Shown here piece by piece: positions 58,239 through 64,000 of a stretch of DNA of 64,000 nt (the stretch's first letter is position 1; each line of letters begins with the position of its first letter). The notes beneath the pieces were generated by a model. It did not search any database. It saw only the letters and a program-made list of their open reading frames with translations, and had not been told where the DNA came from. The translations under genes and the position numbers were made by a program. The stretch is from contig JBLWTJ010000001.1 of NCBI GenBank assembly GCA_048270185.1, positions 1,056,001 to 1,120,000 of the forward strand, in the 5' to 3' direction. Source of the DNA: Bacteriovoracaceae bacterium (GTDB lineage: Bacteria; Bdellovibrionota; Bacteriovoracia; Bacteriovoracales; Bacteriovoracaceae).

Positions 58239-59671
58239 TAGATAAGCCTTTTGACAAGATTAAGGAATAGCTCCCACGTCTTTTCAACTGATGTAATTGA
58301 AACTTGTTCATCAGGCGAATGTGCACCTGTAATCGTTGGACCAAAACTTATGATATCGACATCAGGCATCGCCTTTGAAAGAATACCACATTCAAGACCT
58401 GCATGAATCGAAGAAATAATTGGAGCCTTCCCTCTTAATTCTTTAAATGCTTCACTTGTTAGTGCCAAAACTTTTGATTCGGGATTAGGAGTCCAACCAG
58501 GATATGCACCTTCTAGTGTATGATTTAGACCTGCCTGAGTATTAATCATTTCCTGAGCAAAACTATCACGAGCATCTTCACTAGAGCTTCTTATCAAGTT
58601 GGCCATTGAAAACTTCCCTTCTTCAAGAGTTATAACTCCAAGATTCGTAGAGGTTTCAACAACACCTTCAAAGTTTTGATCCCAAGCTTTTACCCCATGA
58701 AAGCAATTTTCAATTGCTGTAAGGATTTTATTTGAGTCATCTGTTGATAGTGCACTTTGTTTTTGAGCTAAAGATGAGATTTCAAATTTAATACCAGCTT
58801 CTGCTTCTTGATTCTTTTGCCAAAGTGTTTCTAATCTTCCGCGAAGAGAGTTTAGATCTTCAGTCGATGCATAGAATTTTACAAAGGCTTCACGTGCTAT
58901 TGCATTTCTAAGTGATCCACCAGTAATGGAAGCTATTCTTAATGAAGGTAATCCCTTTAAAGCCTCTGGAATTAACTTATTCGCATTAAGCCGTCCACGA
59001 TGAATATCAATTCCCGAGTGACCACCTTTTAAACCTTTTATAGCAAGCTGTGAAAATTCAAGATCACTTTCACTTGTTGTAAATTCAGTATCAAAAATGA
59101 GATCAACACCACCTGCACAACCAATAATTAACTCATCTTCTTCTTCCGTATCAAGATTAAGCATCACCTTTCCATCAAAGTGATGGCCCTTAAGACCGAT
59201 AGCACCGTGCATTCCAGCTTCTTCACAGGCAGTAAAAACACACTCGAGAGGCGGGTGAGCAATATCTTTACTCTCAAGAAGTCCCATCGCAAAGGCACAA
59301 CCAATACCATTATCAGCACCAAGAGTTGTCCCATTAGCACGAACCCAATCTCCATCGATAACTGTCGTGATTGGATCTTTTTTGAAATCGTGATCATTGC
59401 CTTCATTTTTTTGCGCAACCATATCAAGGTGACCTTGTAGAATAATTGGAGCAGAATTCTCTCCCCCTAACTGTCCTGGCTTTTTAATAATTATATTATT
59501 AACGTCATCACGATATGACTCAAGGCCTAGGCTCTTTCCAAAAAGAAGCATTAAAGTTTGAACAGCATCTTCATGGTAACTTGGTCTTGGAGTATCTAGT
59601 AATTTTTGAAAGTTTCGCCACACTAATTGTGGGCCAATATTTTCGACACGTGTTTGATTTGATTGATTCAT
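58238..59671 (-). CDS. pepD: Aminoacyl-histidine dipeptidase (M20)
   Basis: LQGHLDMV, TTLGADNGIG, EE.GM, NLDTEE, GGHSG, HAGLECG, AHSPDE. Confidence 0.95.
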   Translation of the reverse strand: MNQSNQTRVENIGPQLVWRNFQKLLDTPRPSYHEDAVQTLMLLFGKSLGLESYRDDVNNIIIKKPGQLGGENSAPIILQGHLDMVAQKNEGNDHDFKKDPITTVIDGDWVRANGTTLGADNGIGCAFAMGLLESKDIAHPPLECVFTACEEAGMHGAIGLKGHHFDGKVMLNLDTEEEDELIIGCAGGVDLIFDTEFTTSESDLEFSQLAIKGLKGGHSGIDIHRGRLNANKLIPEALKGLPSLRIASITGGSLRNAIAREAFVKFYASTEDLNSLRGRLETLWQKNQEAEAGIKFEISSLAQKQSALSTDDSNKILTAIENCFHGVKAWDQNFEGVVETSTNLGVITLEEGKFSMANLIRSSSEDARDSFAQEMINTQAGLNHTLEGAYPGWTPNPESKVLALTSEAFKELRGKAPIISSIHAGLECGILSKAMPDVDIISFGPTITGAHSPDEQVSITSVEKTWELFLNLVKRLI

Positions 59672-59707
59672 CGTTTTAACTCGCTTGTTAAATTTTTAAT
59701 CAATCTA

Positions 59708-60613
59708 CTATGCCACTTCTTTTTCGTCATCCCCTTTTGTATCTTCTTCATCGTCATAATGAGGGAATTGAGGATGCTCACGGGCCTCTTCAAGAAGGTA
59801 CATATCAACAATATGTGGTCTCCAGCTCAAATAAATCCCATCGAGTTTATCGAGAGTCACATCTGGATTATAGAGAGGGCTCTTTTCGACATCGAGGTGG
59901 TAAATATCAAGACTTCCTTCTTTATCAAAGTAATCTCTTAAATTAGCGCCTCGCGAAAGGTAAAGCTTTCTAACTGTTGAATGCTTCTGTCCTCCTCCTT
60001 CAATATTGAGAATCAAATTATAATAACGATATTCAATGGCCAAATTGATGCAATTATATTTTAAGTCTGTTCGAAATTCATATGGCCTAGCATTTTCAGA
60101 ACCTAAATTATGAATCATCCTAACTCCATCAAGCACAATTCCACCTAATTTTTGAGAACTACGAGCACGAGATTTTGAAATGGTAATGGAGCCATTTTTC
60201 TTATAGCGAAGAAAATCAATTTCAACACCAGCGATAAAGCCAGGTCTAACGACTTCGTTAAGCAGGATGCTATAGCAACTCTCATCAGACATGGCCACCA
60301 TACTTCCAAGCTTTGAAGTACTCACTGTAATATAGCGCTTCTGGCCATAAATATTAGTTACCTCGAGTGCTGCTTTAGTGCCTGCATAGATTTCAATCCA
60401 ATTGACTTGCTTCTTAGTTTGAATGTGAAACTCACCAAAAATACCAGAACTTGGCCCCCCCATAATCACATTGCAGTTAAGGCTAGACTTGAGTCTCTTT
60501 GCAAATTGCTGCTCATAGGACCGATGAACATTAATATATTCTAATAATTCCTCTTTAAAGAATATTTGTTCACTAAGCTTCTCTAATTCAAGTTCAAATT
60601 CTAGTTTCTTCAT
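59708..60613 (-). CDS. Hypothetical protein with acidic tail
   Basis: 301-aa ORF, no recognised motif. Confidence 0.6.
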   Translation of the reverse strand: MKKLEFELELEKLSEQIFFKEELLEYINVHRSYEQQFAKRLKSSLNCNVIMGGPSSGIFGEFHIQTKKQVNWIEIYAGTKAALEVTNIYGQKRYITVSTSKLGSMVAMSDESCYSILLNEVVRPGFIAGVEIDFLRYKKNGSITISKSRARSSQKLGGIVLDGVRMIHNLGSENARPYEFRTDLKYNCINLAIEYRYYNLILNIEGGGQKHSTVRKLYLSRGANLRDYFDKEGSLDIYHLDVEKSPLYNPDVTLDKLDGIYLSWRPHIVDMYLLEEAREHPQFPHYDDEEDTKGDDEKEVA

Positions 60614-60768
60614 ACAGGGATTATCGTCGAAAGCTTAATGCGCAACGAGTTAAAAAAACTTAATTTACGCAACACGGCGCAACTCTTAACAGACTAGCAA
60701 AATACGATGAAAAGTGGTAAAAAGGCTGTATAATTCAAAATTAATTTAACTCAAAAAGTCGAGGATCT

Positions 60769-63333
60769 ATGTCTAATTTTCTAGCAGATTACCACGCACA
60801 TGTTGAGGAACGTGCCAAAGAAGGTATTCCTCCATTAGCGCTAACAAAAGAACAGGCCACTGAAGTTGTAAAACTTCTTGAAGCTCAACCTACACAAGAG
60901 CTACTTAATCTCTTAAAAGATCGTATCAACCCGGGTGTTGATCCGGCCGCTCAAGTTAAAGCAAGCTTCCTAAATGGTATTGTTAAAGGTGCTCATTCTT
61001 GTTCACTAATCTCGAAAGAGTATGCAATTGAACTACTTGGTACAATGGTTGGTGGTTTCAACTTGCAAGGTCTAGTCGATACTGTAGCAGGAACTGATGA
61101 AGCTCTTGCAAAGCTAGCAGCAAAAGAACTAAAAAATCTTCCACTTGCAGTTAACGTTTTTGAAGACGTTAAAAAACTTGCTGACGGTGGAAATGCTATT
61201 GCTAAAGATGTAATCGAGTCTTGGGCAAATGCAGAATGGTTTACAAATAAGCCACAGATTGAAGAATCGATTAAGACAGTTGTTTACAAAGTTGATGGTG
61301 AGATCAACACAGATGACTTCTCTCCAGCTCCATTTGCATTCACAAGAGCAGATATCCCTCTCCACGCAAATGTCATGGGTGGATCACTTTTCCCAGAAGG
61401 TCCAAAAATTATTGCAGACCTTAAAGAGAAGTTTAAGCTTCCAGTTACTTTCGTTGGTGACGTTGTTGGAACAGGTTCTTCTAGAAAGTCAGCTTGTAAC
61501 TCACTTATCTGGTGTATTGGTGAAGATATTCCTTACGTTCCAAATAAGAGACGTGGTGGTGTCATCATTGGTTCAACAATTGCTCCGATTTTCTTCAACA
61601 CTGCTGAAGATTCAGGTGCCCTACCAATTCAAGGAATTGACGTATCTGCACTAACAACAGGAACAGTAATTGAAGTTCGCCCGCTAGAAGGAAAAATTCT
61701 TGATGAGAAAGGTGCTGAACTTGCAAAATACGATATCAATCCAGAAACAATTCTAGATGAATACAGAGCAGGAGGACGTGTTCCTCTAATTATCGGTAAA
61801 ATGCTTACTGATCAGGCCCGTGCTTCGCTAGGACTTGGTTCAGCAAATGATTCAGGAATCTTTGCTAAGCCACACTCAACTCTAGCACACGAAGGTCAGG
61901 GTTATACTCTTGCTCAAAAAATGGTTGGAAAAGCTTGTGGTGTTGAAGGTATTCTTCCAGGAACATCTTGTCTTCCAAAAATGACGACAGTTGGTTCTCA
62001 AGATACTACAGGACCGATGACAAGAGATGAGATGACTGAACTTGCGTGTCTTAAGTTTAACGCTGATCTTGTTATGCAATCTTTCTGTCACACGGCCGCA
62101 TATCCAAAGCCAAGTGATGTTATCACTCACGCAACTCTTCCTGATTATATCAGAGAGCGTGAAGGTGTATCACTTAGACCAGGTGATGGTATTATCCACT
62201 CATGGCTAAACCGTCTCTTAATTCCTGATACAGTAGGTACTGGTGGTGACTCACACACTCGTTTCCCTCTTGGGATTTCTTTCCCTGCAGGTTCAGGACT
62301 GGTAGCATTTGCAGCAGCACTTGGTGTTATGCCACTTGATATGCCAGAGTCAGTTCTTGTACGTTTCAAAGGAAAATTACAACCAGGTGTTACTCTTCGT
62401 GACGTTGTTAATATGATTCCTTACCAAGCAATTCAAGACGGTCTACTAACAGTAGAAAAGAAGAATAAGAAAAATATTTTTGCTGGTCGTATTCTAGAAA
62501 TGGAAGGACTACCAGATCTTAAACTTGAACAAGCTTTCGAACTTACAGATGCAACAGCAGAAAGAAGTGCAGCCGGTTCAACAATCAAGCTTGGGCGCGA
62601 AACAATTGTTGAATACTTAAATTCAAATATTGCACTGATGAAATCTATGATCGCAAATGGTTTTGGACACGTTGGAACAATTGAAAGGCGTATTGCTGAG
62701 GTTCAAGACTGGATTGATAATGGTGAACTAATGGAAGCTGACTCAAATGCCGAGTACGCAGCTATTATCGAAATCGATCTAGACGAAATGAAAGAGCCAA
62801 TCCTTGCATGTCCAAACGATCCTGATGACGTTAAGAAACTAAGTGACGTTGCTGGAGATAAAATTGATGAAGTATTCATCGGTTCATGTATGACTAATAT
62901 TGGTCACTTTAGAGCGGCGGCAACTGTTCTTGATGGTCAGGGTCAAGCTGATGCTAGACTATGGGTTTGCCCACCGACAAAAATGGATAAAGACCAACTT
63001 ACTAAAGAAGGTTATTACTCAAAATTTGCAGCAGCTGGAGCAAGACTTGAAATGCCAGGTTGTTCACTTTGTATGGGTAACCAAGCACGTGTTAAAGATG
63101 GAGTGACAGTATTCTCGACTTCAACTCGTAACTTCAACAACAGACTTGGTAAAGGTGCTCAAGTTTATTTAGGTTCAGCAGAACTTGCTGCAATCTGTGC
63201 AAAACTTGGATACATTCCACAACTTGAAGAATACCTAGGAATGATGAAGCCACTTGAAGGTAAAGATGATTCAATCTATCGTTACCTAAACTTCGATCAA
63301 ATGGAAAACTTCAGTATTGACGACAACGCATAA
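60769..63333 (+). CDS. acnB: Aconitate hydratase B
   Basis: ER...[55 protein letters not shown]. Confidence 0.97.
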   Translation: MSNFLADYHAHVEERAKEGIPPLALTKEQATEVVKLLEAQPTQELLNLLKDRINPGVDPAAQVKASFLNGIVKGAHSCSLISKEYAIELLGTMVGGFNLQGLVDTVAGTDEALAKLAAKELKNLPLAVNVFEDVKKLADGGNAIAKDVIESWANAEWFTNKPQIEESIKTVVYKVDGEINTDDFSPAPFAFTRADIPLHANVMGGSLFPEGPKIIADLKEKFKLPVTFVGDVVGTGSSRKSACNSLIWCIGEDIPYVPNKRRGGVIIGSTIAPIFFNTAEDSGALPIQGIDVSALTTGTVIEVRPLEGKILDEKGAELAKYDINPETILDEYRAGGRVPLIIGKMLTDQARASLGLGSANDSGIFAKPHSTLAHEGQGYTLAQKMVGKACGVEGILPGTSCLPKMTTVGSQDTTGPMTRDEMTELACLKFNADLVMQSFCHTAAYPKPSDVITHATLPDYIREREGVSLRPGDGIIHSWLNRLLIPDTVGTGGDSHTRFPLGISFPAGSGLVAFAAALGVMPLDMPESVLVRFKGKLQPGVTLRDVVNMIPYQAIQDGLLTVEKKNKKNIFAGRILEMEGLPDLKLEQAFELTDATAERSAAGSTIKLGRETIVEYLNSNIALMKSMIANGFGHVGTIERRIAEVQDWIDNGELMEADSNAEYAAIIEIDLDEMKEPILACPNDPDDVKKLSDVAGDKIDEVFIGSCMTNIGHFRAAATVLDGQGQADARLWVCPPTKMDKDQLTKEGYYSKFAAAGARLEMPGCSLCMGNQARVKDGVTVFSTSTRNFNNRLGKGAQVYLGSAELAAICAKLGYIPQLEEYLGMMKPLEGKDDSIYRYLNFDQMENFSIDDNA

Positions 63334-63341
63334 TAAAAAAG

Positions 63342-63370
63342 AAAAAGGGAGCTATTTAAGCTCCCTTTTT
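63342..63370. terminator. Bidirectional intrinsic terminator
   Basis: AAAAAGGGAGCT-ATTTA-AGCTCCCTTTTT between convergent genes. Confidence 0.85.
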
Positions 63371-63375
63371 TTTCG

Positions 63376-64000
63376 TTATTTTCTTAGACAAATTTTTGCT
63401 TTGGGGTTCATTTCACAAAGTGCTTCTTTTAACATTTTATTCTCTTCTTCAAGCTTCCTTGTACGAGCTTCGAGTGAAGCGATATCGCGACTATTATTAT
63501 CAGTAATTCCAATTAATTCTTTAACTGCTTCAATCAGTGGCGAAACGAGTTTTGCATAAGCAACACTTAGATAACCCTGATCATCTTCAGTTACCACTTC
63601 AGGGAATACTTTTTGAACTTCTTGAGCAATAACACCAATATCACGCCCCTTCTTAAATGACTTATTAGGAAAGTCTTCATGGCGCCAATCATAGTAAACA
63701 CCGTTAAGTAACTTGAATTGATCAAGAATCGACACTTCATTTGATATATTTACTATATTCTTTTTAAAGCGGCGATCAGATCCAGTGTTAAAAGTTCCCG
63801 AACCTCTAACAGCACCATTTACATCTAGTGCAAAAAAAGAGCTCGGAGTCATCGTTAAAATACCAACATTCTCATTTGTTGCGTTCACTTGTAGAATTGT
63901 TGTCGCAAACTCTCCTGCAGAAAAATTAATATCCCCAGCATCTGCCTGCATTCTAATTCCGTTATTTAACTCAGAATAGAAAACAATTGAATTTGCCCAT
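63376..64000 (-). CDS. C-terminus of a tail-fibre-like protein with peptidase S74 intramolecular chaperone (5' part outside window)
   Basis: SDRRFKKNI, GVIAQEV...PE.V, SVAY..L...LIEAVKEL, coiled coil; frame open to window end. Confidence 0.85.
   Translation of the reverse strand, partial: WANSIVFYSELNNGIRMQADAGDINFSAGEFATTILQVNATNENVGILTMTPSSFFALDVNGAVRGSGTFNTGSDRRFKKNIVNISNEVSILDQFKLLNGVYYDWRHEDFPNKSFKKGRDIGVIAQEVQKVFPEVVTEDDQGYLSVAYAKLVSPLIEAVKELIGITDNNSRDIASLEARTRKLEEENKMLKEALCEMNPKAKICLRK

Noticed and set aside
61229..61654. 141-aa alternative-frame ORF
   Set aside because: Entirely within intact acnB; codon-bias shadow
1608..63979. Remaining 60-115 aa ORFs nested in or antisense to confident genes
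   Set aside because: No motifs or RBS noticed; expected by chance
1..64000. CRISPR arrays, tRNA/rRNA, IS elements, prophage
   Set aside because: No regularly spaced repeats, RNA gene patterns, transposase, integrase or capsid genes seen by eye; short RNAs could have been missed

Overview
AT-rich, gene-dense bacterial chromosomal window. It is most consistent with a predatory Bdellovibrionota such as Halobacteriovorax/Bacteriovorax, inferred from a TIGR02147-like regulator, an S74-chaperone fibre, a large pilin-like protein and orphan lipoproteins. Housekeeping genes include dus, mutM, transketolase, rplY, grxD, cmoA/cmoB, a cyclophilin, serS, lgt, an RluA-family synthase, menB, pepD and acnB, mixed with many signalling and secreted genes. 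I saw no rRNA, tRNA, CRISPR array, integrase or transposase. Best leads: (1) a type IV pilin-like protein with three eukaryote-like thrombospondin type 1 repeats; (2) an orphan HTH-ParA plus a small non-ParB partner with a MinD-like membrane-targeting tail; (3) a five-gene operon joining a RoxA-like diheme cytochrome to an aldehyde dehydrogenase; (4) a possible HK / ChpT-like / OmpR phosphorelay; (5) mutM with an apparent ATC start codon; (6) a divergent SelO lacking the usual Lys, next to a peptidase S51; (7) a globin lacking its canonical proximal His; (8) a lone PD-(D/E)xK-like ORF in an AT-rich stretch. All family calls come from recognising motifs by eye; no database searches were run.
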